Origin: Phoronis australis
Taxonomy: Eukaryota; Animalia; Phoronida
Length of the DNA stretch: 64,000 bases
Assembly (NCBI GenBank): GCA_002633005.1
Contig: NMRA01000179.1
Coordinates: 581,247-645,246 of the forward strand
Direction of reading: 5' to 3'
In this document: piece by piece, positions 1-12,464 of the stretch
How the letters are laid out: every line of letters begins with the position of its first letter
Numbering within the stretch: position 1 is the first letter of the stretch
Made by a program: the position numbers and the translations under genes
The notes under the pieces: generated by a model
Told to the model about the DNA's origin: nothing
Databases searched by the model: none
Seen by the model: only the letters and a program-made list of their open reading frames with translations

Positions 1-449
1 CCATGAGGCGGCAAGTTTTCGCCCTGGGATTTCCCCACAATTTTCTGAAAAAGGATCGTAATTTAATGAAGTTTGATAGCAATGTACCACAATTTTGTGG
101 AAAGTCGATCTGTCGTAGGCTACAGACATGATAAATTTGATGAATCCTAGCTTCGGATCTCACCTGTTTAGGACACTGTGTTTCAACAGCCTTATGCTCC
201 AATAAGCACACCCCCTCTCTTGAAACAAATTTTTCTAAGCGCCCTAGGCGCTTACTAGGGCTAATACGGTGTCTATAAATGAAACCAAGAAAGCAACTTG
301 GATTTGGTGGACAAAAAGTCGTAACTATATATAGCAGTCCATTAATTTAAAAGCAGCCATTAACAACCCTCCCATTGTTTGATTAGCTTAATTTACCTAA
401 TTACATGGCAAATTATTGTATCTGCCATCAACTGAAACTTTATCAAGTT

Positions 450-1673
450 TTTTTGTCTGCACTCTACATACACGTTGCACTATTTGTCCCAATTGGCACA
501 AGATTCACCCACAATTTCTAGTCCCCGAAGTGCTAGAAGCCTGAGGTTGTTCATCATGATCAAATTCAAGATAGCGGACGTGTTGGCTATTTTGTTTTCG
601 AAGTCAGATTCAAATACTCATAGAGGTCGCATTTCTTTGCGCCCACATACCTATATGTGGGTGCAAATTGCCTTCATCTCTGTCTGGGCGTCCAGCGTCT
701 GCAGCTGTATCTCCTGAACCCCTCAAAATATCTTCACCAAATTTGACAGATGGGTTCATATGAAGATGACGACTGAAGAGGACGAATTTTGGACGGATCT
801 GACAACCATTGTGCCCCTAGTGGCAATTATTTTTTTACATTTACCTCTGTATCTTTAAAGGTCGTCTACAGATTTTTGTGAAACTTGGCATATAGGCACC
901 TGTTAGTAGGATGCTGCTATATTCCTGTTTTCGGAAGGAGTCAAGGTATTTTGCGCTACCTAATAACCATTTTCACTGTTTTTTGGCATCCGCCTCTCTA
1001 TCAACCAAACCGCTCTTTAAGATGATTGTAAAAATTGGCATGCATGTATTTTCTTACTGTGAAGAGAAAGCCTGACGATGATTTTCTGATTAATCTGGCT
1101 ACTGTGGCACCTCCTAGTGGCAGTTTATTGGTGACATGATGCTATCTCCCTATTTTCCGATTTTTTTGAGACATTTTGCGCCACCTAGTGGCCATTTATA
1201 TTTTTTCCAATCGTTTTTTTGGCATCTGCTCCTCTATCAACTAAACCATTCTATGGATTATTGTGAAAATGGATATATGTGTTCTCAGTTTGAAGAGTAT
1301 GGCTGACGTTGACGACTAACTGCTGTGGCGCCTCCTAGCTTTTTTGCGCCTATAGCTGTATGTCCTAAGCCTACTGCAGGACCTTAATTAAATTTAGCAA
1401 GTATATTCATATCATGTTGAGAACAGATATTGACAACTTTCAGGTGCATTGCCCCCTAGTGGCCATTCCATTTTTTCCGGTCTTCCTTTGTTTCTCTATA
1501 GTTTCTTGACAGATTTTTATGGAAATTGGTAAATACTTTCTATTAAAGAAAAAATGTTTCTGTTTTCGGATGGAGTTGACATGTTTTGCGCCATCTGGTG
1601 GCAATTTTCATGATACAAATAGATGTCACAAGAAGCATGCTGTTTGTGATGCCCAATTGCTTCAAAATTTTTT
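450..1673 (+). mobile_element. Degenerate non-autonomous element with internal core repeats carrying GCGCCMCCTAGTGGC motifs (HINE/pearl-like)
   Basis: Duplicated blocks (ttttggcatc.gcctctctatcaac at about 982 and 1217; ctactgtggcacctcctag at about 1100 and 1320), recurrent aaattgg/aaacttgg motifs and a terminal hairpin at 1627-1648. Boundaries are approximate. Confidence 0.5.
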
Positions 1674-1676
1674 GAT

Positions 1677-1790
1677 CTCCGGCCTCCTTTCTGCGGGGCT
1701 TTCTATATTAATATAGGAAGCCCCGCCGAAGGGCAACCGGAGAGCGGGGCTTCCTATATTAATATAGGCAGCCCCGCAGAAAGNGGTCGA
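1677..1790. repeat. Partial copy of the same 51-bp hairpin-array family
   Basis: Two GCGGGGC-ttcc-TATATTAATATA-ggaa-GCCCCGC-type palindromes with the same ctccggcctccttt / ccggaga spacers as 56693-57078. Confidence 0.85.
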
Positions 1791-4091
1791 ATTTTGACGC
1801 TGTTCATGTTATCATTATTATTTTGAAAGTGGTTAGTAGGTACATGTATAATCTGCGTGACACTTATTTTGTCGCAGTGTTTGCCGGGAAAGAAGTGAGT
1901 CTGCTAAATATCATCGCAATCATGATAAAAGAATGCTATTTCAGACACAATCGAAAACTAAGATCCACGCTAATTTAGTGCCGTAGCTTAAAGCATTTCT
2001 TCATGATTGGTTGGAAAATTGAATAAAGTTTTCATGTATTTGTTAGGATGAAGGTCAGTGAATTTTCAGTGTACCCGGCAAGTTGTGTTCCTTGATTGAT
2101 CTGTCTAAGGTTTGGTATACATGTAGATAGATCTCCTTGAGCGCTACTAGCTTTGTAAAACCGATACTTCCTAAGACCTCCTACTCGAATATATTTATGC
2201 TCAGGTGAATGTTCTTTTATCGACTAGTTATTTGTAGCTGCGCTTCGTAAGCCTATTATGCTTGTGCTAGAGATAGCATTTTTTCTTCTGATCTACATGA
2301 AATTTACGTAGTGTTAACTTCTTCTATAGCACGAGGATTCATATTTTAAGGCAAAATTGGACTCAAGATGGCGCTTTGGAGGACATCTTCCGAATCACAT
2401 GTATGACTGCGATCCTTTGACCAATTTGTTTTCAAATTTGGTACGTAAATAGATTTCTCAAGGGCTAGCTAGGATATAGATTAATACGCGTTGGAGTCAC
2501 GGTTGTTAATATTCTTGTTTTCGTCATCGACCTGACCTTGCCAATAGTTTTTAATTTTAAGTTATTGGTTTATGCAATTTTGTTGCATTAGGTATTCACA
2601 TCTGTTTACTTCTTCAAAAAGTTGTTTTTATGTCTGCACACAAGTTAGCTTGGCAATCATTTTTTGGATTTTCTAAAGTGTCCAGTTGTTTGTAGCATAT
2701 TTCAATTTCAAACTACCTGCTTACCAAGACAACAGAGCACCAATTCTCTTAACATGTTTGGATGCTGATTGAAATGACTTGAACATGGCTGCCTGAATTT
2801 TAATATGATTGCCATTTAGCATAAAATTGGGGATCTTCACCGTGAAATACTTGATTACCGTGGTAAAGGTACTTAAGCTTAGTACATGTACGTGTCAATC
2901 TAAGTACTTTCGACAAGGTTGCCTGCCTCTAACATTAACTTGCCTTCAAACCAGAAATGCCGATTTAAAAGGCAAAATTCTGGGTTACTGTGGCATCTGT
3001 GCATAATTCAGCTTCAACATACCCATAATGCTGCACTGATCATCTTTGAACATGGTTGCCTGTTTCGAAATCTAAAACTTGCTGATTTCGGCCCGCTAAC
3101 TAAGAGGATACTCATCCATGTTGTTTCATTTTTATATTACACTCAGTAGGATAGCCTTTGACTTTAGATTAGATCTACACACTGCCCGATCCTGCCAACT
3201 TCTCGACGCCTAGCAACGATTTCAGTTGGTTTTGACTGCCAGCCAGGTAAGTGGTTAACTTATGCGTAAGAGGAATGCGTGAATGAAACAAATCAGTTTT
3301 TGGTAGATTCTAACAAGGAGAATGTGAATAAAATGTTTGTACCCGTTCCACAACATTCAGAAGGTGTCTCAACAAATTTACCAGCCAAAGTATCCAGTGA
3401 TGTAGTCAATTACTAAACGGAGACTTAAAGGTTGTCCATTCACAGCGCAACATATAACTACAGGACAAGTTCCCTGGCCATTTTGAATTTACATTATCAT
3501 ACCTTAATCAGAGTTACGCTTTGTCCATCCTGGTTTCAAATCTTGCTTCAAAATTCAGTCCCCAAACGAATGGCACACAAACGAAAAAATAACCAAGACA
3601 AAATATTTTGGTTCTACATGTAGATCTGGTTTGTGCGCGTATTTCCGAATTGTTAATAAAGGGACTCTGGTCCTACGAACAACAATGAAGGTGGGGGACA
3701 GCGCTGGGTTGTATTCCCTGGACATGAATGAAGTATAATACATTTTTCTCTGGTTGAGTAACACGAATTTCGCAAAAGCACCTGTTCCCAGCATCCTTGG
3801 GGATCTTTGAGTGACCTTAGCGTCGCCTCAGCAGAGAATAACTTGTTTTATTTTAGTAGTCAGTCAAGCAAACAGGCGTCCAGTTGTGAGAACGAAATGA
3901 AGACGTGTTGCGTTTATTTCCAAACGAAACTCAAATAGCGAAGAATGAACAAGAAATGTTTTCCGCCATAGTTTACTATCATTTGTCGTAAACTGTATTT
4001 CACCAAGAACCCGTTGAAAAACAATTTTTTTTGTTTTCAAAAGTTGACAATGTTTTGATGGCAGTACTTGCTCTCAAAGCAACACATTTAC

Positions 4092-4250
4092 GCACCATAT
4101 TGTTCATCCACTCATAGACTGAATCGTTCTCAGGAGCGGCTAAGGTCATTCCTCGATAGGCACACCAGTCTCGCGCCTGGTACCACGTTAACCAAGAAGC
4201 TTCAAACATGTAATAAAATCCTTCAAGCTGCCTCAAAAACGACTTCTTCC
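4092..4250 (-). CDS. Mosaic lectin-like gene, exon 5: N-terminal half of a C-type lectin domain (downstream exons not identified)
   Basis: Acceptor gtcattttag|, donor C|GTAAAT, 159 nt. YYMFEASWLTWYQARDWCAYRGMTLAAPENDSVYEWM matches the CTLD motif Y.F....W..A...C...G..LA. Confidence 0.85.
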
Positions 4251-5471
4251 CTAAAATGACAAACAACAGTGTTACTCAAATTGGCACAATTTACTAAGAA
4301 ATGGACTGAGTAATTTTAGTAGGGTTGGCTCATGTAGATTTTACATTTGACCAGAAATACATGTATGTAAACTCAAAATATGCTATGTTATATGATAAAT
4401 TGCCAAAGTGACACTTAAATTGAAATGTTGCACTTGACGTATTCAGGTTTTTCGAAAGGATGACCGACAATGGCGTTGCATTAGTGCTAATAAAAGCAGG
4501 TATAAAAAGTCAACGTCTAATCTGCATTAAAATTGGGCCCGTTTCACGACACATTGTACTTCGGTAGATGTGTACTATTTCCGCTGTAGTCAAGGGTCTG
4601 TTTATCAAGAAAACTGATCTAGGTTCCTATTGTGCGAAATAAACCCTTTGCCGCTTTACAGGTGTCTTTACGGCAATAAAATAATTAGAGAATCGTATCC
4701 GAGTCTCAGGTTTATGGTAGGGTTTGTTTTCTCACATGAGCCGTACAAAAACGATCCTTTTTGCCGAAAAACTCGACATGACTAAATTTTCAACCATACG
4801 ACGCAACTTTTCTAAAAACACGCTTGCACGATGTTAAGTAATTCATTTTTTGTTAATAGCTTTATTTTAAGCTTAACAACTGTAAATTGCATTCAGCGTT
4901 CTTAGCAAGTATTCAAGTTAGAATCTAATAAATAGTCTTTGATGTTGTAATATTAAAACTTAAAAACGTTGATAAATAACTGTCAGTAAGGCTTCCCGGC
5001 GCGTGAGCACTGAATTGACCTTGAAACAGCACAGCTGGACAGTCTCGCTGCGTTTCTTGAGTTGGGGCTGGTCTCTGTTTGAATGAAAGTGGATATGGAA
5101 TCCGACACCCAAGACATGTCCGTTTGAGAAGTTGTTTTCATTAACTTCCGAATGGGAGAACGTGCAGTTGCGACACCCAATTTGTCAATCGTAACCTTGT
5201 CACCTTCTCGGAATTCCGGCATTGTTTGTTTGGCGCTCGTGTGTTTTGTTTTAGTGTTTTACAGACAATCAAATGTAAGGCGTATGGATTTGTGCTCTCA
5301 TTACTTAAGATTCGCTCACGTAATATCGAAAAATTACGTACATGTACTCGGTGTTATTAACCAGTCATGTCGCAACGCATTCCAGGTTATGTGAGAAACT
5401 GATATATCGTGAGCTGAAACTGGTGATTTTTCGAAATCTTTTGCCTCTGGATCATTTCTTGGCCACACGGT

Positions 5472-5580
5472 CAGTAGAAAGCTAAATAACGAAAACAAGA
5501 CTCTATATTATACCCCATTAACATTTTGAGGTAAATGTATATCGAAACGCGTCTTGTTTTTGTTATTTAACTTTCCACTG
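5472..5580. mobile_element. 109-bp MITE with ~30-bp TIRs (CAGT...ACTG)
   Basis: cagtagaaagctaaataacgaaaacaagac versus gtcttgtttttgttatttaactttccactg (3 mismatches). Confidence 0.65.
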
Positions 5581-6154
5581 TTTTGCTTCTGAAAGTGAAT
5601 AACTACCCTACAATTAAGAGAGTCGATTCGGCAAGTTACAAAGCCGAGAACATAAAAAGCAACGCAACCAAATCAAATCAGAGATTACATGCACCATAAT
5701 TGTTACAAATGTCGTTCCTTGCAGAGTGTAATCGTTTCATCGTCTGAATGGCAGATTCAAGCTTTTTTGGAACAGTGCGAGGAACCAACGGATATGAAAT
5801 CAATTTCTTTACTAAACAGCGTTTGACAAAACAAGCTATTAACTAATGAAGTATCTTAATGCTACATGGAGTATATTGTAAAAACCAAATAATGTGAGTT
5901 TTTGTGCATTCACGTTAACGAATTTAATCTATCCATAAATTTAGTAGAACAGTGATAGCCGCTCGTGGAACCTTCCGTGACGATAGCCCGCTCACAATCC
6001 GCTATTTCAGATCATGTTCTTCCGCCTCTTTCTGTTTTTAACCGGTAGACTTGAGCCAGAACGAATTTGCGATTTGGTAACTTCTTATGGCAAAGTCCTT
6101 TAACGAAGCAAAATAAAATGTATAAAAAGCGTAAAGTTACACTCTGCTGTCATA

Positions 6155-6252
6155 GATCGTGAGTCGAGGGGGTTGTGGGGATCGTGGGTTGAACTGGTCG
6201 TGGGTCGAGGGGGTCGTGGGTTGTGGAAGGTGAGAGGGTTTAGAACAATTCC
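6155..6252 (+). repeat. Solo right end of the same heptamer-repeat element
   Basis: gtcgagggggttgtggg...ggtcgtgggtcgagggggtcgtgggttgtgg...gggtttagaacaattcc closely matches 50650-50742. Confidence 0.65.
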
Positions 6253-6469
6253 CATGACTGCCAGCTTGTGTGTGACAGTCTACAGGGTAGACCTTTGGTG
6301 TTACTGTGATCAGATCAAAGATAGATTACATTGAATATCGGGACATGTGTGTGCTTCAACTCATTTTGAAGCCTTGTATCAGAGGTCATTTGCCTAGAAA
6401 TTGTTGGTGATTCAGTTGTCATAATCAAACAAATAATAGAGATCAATCAGTTTGCCTGAAGATGCCAAC

Positions 6470-6757
6470 CTGTTGTAATCATTCCTAAATCGCACACGTA
6501 AGTTGTCTTCGCCTTCGCTGGGCGGCATGTGGAGCAGAATAACGACTGTTTGTCCACCAATTCCACGTAACAACGTGAGTAGTTGGAGCACTCCTTCTGT
6601 ACTTCGTCCGTGACATCGACACACATGGTGTAGTTCTCATGGATGTTGGTCGCGCAAATTTTGGAATTTAGCACCTCGATCAATCCATCGGGTTCATACT
6701 GACGGCTGCTGGCACATGACATTTCTATGTATAAGCCTCCGTGTTGTACGCGCTTTT
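6470..6757 (-). CDS. Mosaic lectin-like gene, exon 4: divergent SUEL/Gal_lectin-like domain
   Basis: Acceptor tcttatattttag|, donor G|GTTGGC, 288 nt, phase 1-1. Eight Cys with SUEL-like spacing (EMSC...LIEV...C...C.DVT.EVQKEC..YSRC.V...FC..C...TYVC). Confidence 0.8.
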
Positions 6758-7744
6758 CTAAAATATAAGAATGATTTTTCGTTTTAATAACGTACTACTT
6801 CATTTACAAAAGTAGAGGTGCAGTTGCTGCAGAACGCAGCCAATCCCCATCTGGCGATCCCAGAATGTGCGTTGTTTAAGTGATTACAGAGCTGAGGCTA
6901 AATCTTAAATTCGAATGCGAACGTGTGCATATTCTTTGACTACAACAATGTACTTCACCATCTTTACCTACTTTTTCGCGATAAGTCTTGACACACGGAC
7001 AGTAGTAACGCGGAGACAGTTGATCTCTTGTGAGTTTTAATTGCCAAGTTATCGTAAAAATTGCTAAATTTATGCAATTTTTAATGTTATTAAAAAGTTA
7101 AGCCAACCAGGAGAAAATTCAACCGTTATTCTGACAATTTATTTAGCAGAATTATATTTGACTCTCTCGAAAACAACTTCAAGTTACCCATGTAAGTTCC
7201 AATTGAAAAATATCCCATGACGCTTGCATTGTTTGTAATGTTTATCAAAAAACTGGAAAATTGGCGATTTCCAAGAGTATACGTCCCATGTTTTCATCAT
7301 ACAGTGTGTTAAAATGTTACCAAACCCAATTTTGATATATTAACAGATTTAAAAACGACTTTCCCATACAACTCTCTAAATCAAAACCGAGTGCTCTGTA
7401 ACCTTCGACAACCCTCGCGAGATTGAAGCAGTCTTCTAAATGGAAATGCGTGACCTACATGTACGCCTTATGTGAGTTACTCAACAAAGACCACCAAAAT
7501 GAATGATAGCGAATCTATGGGACAGAATTTATATATGTATGTGGTTTCAGTTGAATTCTCTTATTGTCATTCAAGTGAGGCAGAAATGATTCATTAGCAG
7601 GTGACAGAGCGAGGATTGGTTGAAATAACCACAGCAGGGTTTACGTCCTTTTAACAGATATTACCTAATTCAGGTTCTTGATTTCTGAGCTTGTTATTGG
7701 TTAAAGAGGCATATCAAACCACGGGTACCAGCTAGTGTAAGACT

Positions 7745-8745
7745 CAACAGAATTACAATTAGACTGCAACCAGCAAGTAGGTCTCGTTTAAGTCTGTCTG
7801 GTTACCGCATCGAGATTCCATGAAACTTCAAAGCTCAACATCCACAGACATCTCAGCAAAAAACACAAGCCTCAAAACAATCATGTATTCCAGATGACAG
7901 TAACAAGTAGGCCTACAGCTTAGTACAGTATGCATAGAACGTTCACACAGAACAATTGAAAATCAGTCCGAAGAAAGACAAACTACAGTATATTGCAAGC
8001 TGCCATCAAGCACACCGGTATCAAATGAAACAAACTGGTGAACTGTTGGTTTGTAATAGAATTTGGCAAACACCTGCCACGGAGAACAGCCTGCGGTTTT
8101 CAGTATCTCGGACATTGGAACGTTGGCCCTCTTGGCAGCAAACACAGGGTCAGCCTTAGTACTTTGAGGCTTAAGCACAGACATATAAATCTCTGACAAT
8201 TCCATAACACCCCTAGGCCTTCAGCTAACAGTGTCCTTAGGCACTCTGCGCAAGGGTTTAACATACCTAATAAATAACCTAGACTCTTGACCTCTTAATT
8301 GAAGGGTTCTGGCAAGATAATCATTAAACAGATACAACACAAAGTCTCTCATCAGCATGACAACCCTTCAATTACAACGTGGGCAAAACAACACCTAGGC
8401 TGTTCCGTTTGAAAGGATAAAACGTACGAATTACCATCCTTAATCATAATACCTTAACTACGCAAAACCAATGACTGATTCCTCTGGCCCGACACTAAAT
8501 TTAACAACATCATTAAAATCGATAAAGTCATTGCGTTAAAGATAAACAACCTGAAGGATACAAACTTCTAAGTCAAGACAACATTCACATCCCAAACTCG
8601 AGTCAACCTCGCAACAGGCGTTCTGGCAGAAAAGACGCCCTTCAACAACCCACTTACCAAAAGATGAGTGCCTACTTTGGAACCAGCCTCCAAAATAACA
8701 AGAACTCACAAAGCAGATCTAGCAGTATGGCGACACTAGGTAAGG
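7745..8745 (-). mobile_element. Decayed DIRS-like retrotransposon: tyrosine recombinase remnant and 3' region
   Basis: Minus-strand motifs in order, broken by stops and frameshifts: HTARSAL, GTHLLVSGLLKGVF, WDVNVVL, LVSGQRNQS, LCVV..YLARTL.LR, YVKP.R.VPKDTVS, KPQST...AAKRANVPMSEILKTAG....FAKFY.KP. This is the DIRS1 YR signature. Confidence 0.85.
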
Positions 8746-8789
8746 TTTGCAACGGTCCGGGTCAAGCTAGACTTTATCAGGAAGGGGGT

Positions 8790-10075
8790 GAAGAACTTCA
8801 CTTATTCTAAAGACTTCGTAATCAACACAGCCGATGAACCCAATGGACGGTCCAGAATAAATGAAAAACTCGTTGAACAGGGGTTGTTAGAGAGTCAAAA
8901 ATTCAACAGGGAATTAACAGAAAAGTGTGTAAATCTAGCGTGCCACTTACATTTTATGGTGCAGCAATTTGTTGTTTTTAGGGCTGCAAGAGAAAGAAGC
9001 CATGTGCTGTGAGGATGTTGTACAAGCGTTTATTAAGAAGAAAATGGGGCTTCAAATGGATGATATATTTTTTGAGCGAGTGCATAGGTTGGGCAGAGTT
9101 AAGGAAAAAGCGAAACCATGACCAATTGCAGCGACACTCGCTTTCTAGAAGCAAAGGGAAATCGTTTGGGTTCTCGGTTTAAGTTGAAATGCACAAACTT
9201 CTATGTGAGTAAAGTTTTCCACCAAGGGCATGGTTGCCAGGAGAAAAGTGCTGTTTCAATACCCCAAGGCCGCAAATGGTTTGACGATGAAAACTTCGAT
9301 GAATGGAGACAAACTGCTGATAGAGGGAAAAGACAAACAATATGAATATGAATTAATAAAGAATAGAAGTATTTCAAATATTCTTTCATGAAAAAAGAAT
9401 CAGTTTAAGAAGAGTTAATGCAGGAATGCAATGCCACCAAAAATACGAGAAAATTTTGTAAATTGCAAATGGATTGAAGAAGGCGAGAAGGCAAAAAGTA
9501 CTCCTGTGGCTTGGAAAAACGAAGCTGTGTTAATACAACAATAGCTATTGTGATCAAGCCCTCTGGTGAAACTTTGACGAATCAAACAGAAGGTTGAAGT
9601 GAATTAAAATCTTTTACCAAAAAATATATGTTTTTCCAGACAAGGAATGTGGAATAAAAATTATCAGTGATATTGTGGAAATTCAAAATATCCAAAAAGT
9701 TATTGACGTTGATCGAGCAAATCCTTAAGAAAAAGACGTTGCATCAAAGAATATGAAAAATACCAAAAGTCCAGGAATTGAAGGCTTTACCGTTGAATTC
9801 TAAAATTACTTTTAGAAGGAATTACCGCCTTTCTTATTTAGATCTTTCAAGTATGGTTTTGAAATTAATGCTCTCCCAACTTCACAACTCCAGGGAGTAA
9901 GAAAAGTTCTGCCAAAGTCCGGTAACCCAGAGGACATTTAAAAAATGGCGACTCATTTCTTTACAAAGTGTAAACTATAAAGTTGGTCATAGTGTCTACA
10001 GCAAAGACTGAAAAAGTTCTTGAAAATTGATTCACCCAGACCAGACAGGTTTATTGTCTGGTCGATTTACTGGTT
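8790..10075 (+). mobile_element. Decayed L1/Tx1-type LINE fragment (ORF1 C-terminal part joined to ORF2 pre-RT/RT N-terminal region)
   Basis: ORF1 motif IFFERVHRLG..K..P.PI. ORF2 motifs EG.KY..GLEKR, MKNTKSPGIEGFTVEF, SQ.QGV..LPK, WRLISL..VNYK and LIHPDQTG..SGR. Many stops. Confidence 0.85.
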
Positions 10076-11379
10076 CTGGATTAAAATGGCTTCTATCCAA
10101 AGACGCTACTCACGTTTGAAAACGTGAACCCGAAAAACTCTTAGCCATGAAAAGAGAGGACCCAGGATATGTTAATCTGTGTTAGTCCGATGAGGCAAAA
10201 TGTTAACACAGGCACCACTTTCGAAATATTTTGCCAATTTAATCAATGACTGTCATCTCCGTTAACTTACATGAAAGGAAATGTACCTGTAACCATCAGG
10301 CCTGATGCAGGACAAACAGAGCACTTGTTTACAATTGAATTTAAACCCAAATTGCAAACATGTGTTGATCGTCTATTTTTAAGACCATAATTTTCCATAG
10401 CAGGATTGATTCCGGAACATGACTCGCCTAACAAACGCCGAAATGAATGATTAACACGAAACTTGAGCAATTAACTCAATGGGCTAATACGAAGACAAAA
10501 CCAAGAAAATCCTCGCGGCGTGACTTTGCTTAGGCGTCGGTTCGCTTTTTGCAATAAATGGAAAAAAAGTGGACCTATCTGCACTAAAGACTGGAATTAA
10601 GATTGAGATCTTGGTCACTTACCTCTAATATGAAACTTCTTTTAACGGGAAGAATAAGCGAGGGACTCGCACAATCCCGACACCCTAGTTTCGCAATTTG
10701 TGAATGGACGTGACACCAACACACGCCGGGTACTCGTATCAGTTGCGGAAAACGGGTGATCATAAAATGCGGAGGCCGCACATTCACCTCACTCGAATTT
10801 CGGAAAATAATTCAACGTTTACACCTTTCCTTCGATTTCTCCCGCAACCGAATATTGAACGCGCAACCTAATAGGCGCACATGATAAACGCAGGCGGCGG
10901 ACTAATACAACCGAGCTTCGAGAAAGAAGCACGTTGGCCGGACTGAGATAGACGGACTGAAGCCTCGACTCGGCAAAACAAAGTAAAAAAGCGGTTTTTA
11001 GCGGGCTCCAAAAACGGCCCTTTTCCGTCACGGGGACGAAAGGAAACGAAGCGTCGGGTAGGGCTGAATTGTTTTTGTCCGACGGACTGTTAGCCAACAT
11101 CCGCGTCTCGTTTTATCGTTTTAATACTGTACATATATTAACTGAAACCAGAGTCTCCGACACTTTTCGAATACATGCACTAAATAGAAACTACATCCAA
11201 AAAACAAAAATGCCCAGTTTTGTCTACGCTTAGGAAATTATTGAATGGAAACGTAAATGTAGATTCTACGATATTTTGTTGATATTTGATGAGTAGAATA
11301 CTCATCCTATTTTGAATGAAAACTACAACATTTTTCGTGCTGTGATATTAAAGTGAGCATCTTGAACGTTTTAATTGAA

Positions 11380-12438
11380 TATTTTTTCACACCAAGATTA
11401 GTCTGGTCCAAAGACACTAAAACTCTGGCACGTCAAGGTAGTAAAGCTGATATGTCCATCTCTAAAATTAGAAACCGGTGCACGGAATTACCATTGAGCC
11501 TATCACTTGAACTGTTTGATAAAATTGCTGTACCAATTATGTGCTACGGCGCGGAAATCTGGGGATTCAAAGAATACGAATGGCTTGAAAATGTTTATGT
11601 TAAATTCTGTAAAATTGCTCTTGGAGTTGGAAACTCTTGCTCAAACGCAGCTGTATTGGGTGAATGTGGAATTTATCCGCTCTATGCAAAGTATTATGTC
11701 ACGTGTGTAAAATATTGGCTAATAAAAAGTTATTGAAAATGCCACCTACTAGATACGCTAAAGCGGCTTATGACATGTTAGTTGATTTAGATAGGAATGG
11801 AAGAAATACTTGGGTATCTTCTGTTAGACAATTGCTATCAAAATACGGTTTTTATCAAATTTGGTTGAATCAAGGTGTCACGTGCGAAGTCTCGTTTTTA
11901 AGTTTCTTCGCGCAAAGAGTTAATGACTGTTATGAGCAAGGTTGGCGATCAGAAATTGAACATCATATTGCAAAACTTAAATTCTACTCTAACTTTAAGA
12001 CTCTGTACTGTTTTGAACCATATCTTAAGTTACCGCTACACAATAGTCTTATTCAAGCGTTTACTCGTTTACGTTGCTCCAACCACAGACTACAAGTGCA
12101 AGTGAGTAGACACGAGAAAGTGGAATATTACAATAGATTATGTATGGCTTGCAATGATGGTCTTGTAGAGGATGAATACCATTTCCTGTTGGCTTGCAAG
12201 GGATATTGTGAACTTAGGTCACGCTTTATGAAGGAATTTCAATGGAGGCATCCAACTCAAGAATCCTGTATACGCCTGCTCGCTAATCCAGATATATCTG
12301 CTGTTAAATATGTGTATTTTGCCCTTAAAAGACGAGAACAACTCTTAAATGGGTTGACTGCTTGTGCTAATGTGCCTGATTAATTGTTTTGTTTATTGTA
12401 CTTTGGGCCAGAGGCCTTCAATACAAATACATTTATAG
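11380..12438 (+). mobile_element. 5'-truncated non-LTR retrotransposon 3' end (RTEX/CR1-like ORF2 tail) with 9-bp TSD
   Basis: ORFs 11353-11736 and 11664-12383 join by one frameshift: LFDKIAVPIMCYGAEIWG...VKYW...RLRCSNHRL...C..C...VEDEYHFLLAC. TTAATTGAA is duplicated at 11371-11379 and 12439-12447. Confidence 0.9.
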
Positions 12439-12464
12439 TTAATTGAAATCCTGAAATTACATAC

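Noticed and set aside
3165-3412. Possible continuation of the C-type lectin domain (31-nt exon 3412-3382, then WIGQ near 3191)
   Set aside because: The second acceptor is poor and a stop follows within a few codons, so the domain cannot be completed.
10271-10340. Cys-containing ORF end with a GTAAGT donor as an extra coding exon of the lectin gene
   Set aside because: It exits in phase 2, incompatible with the phase-1 exon 4; exons 3 and 4 already join in frame.
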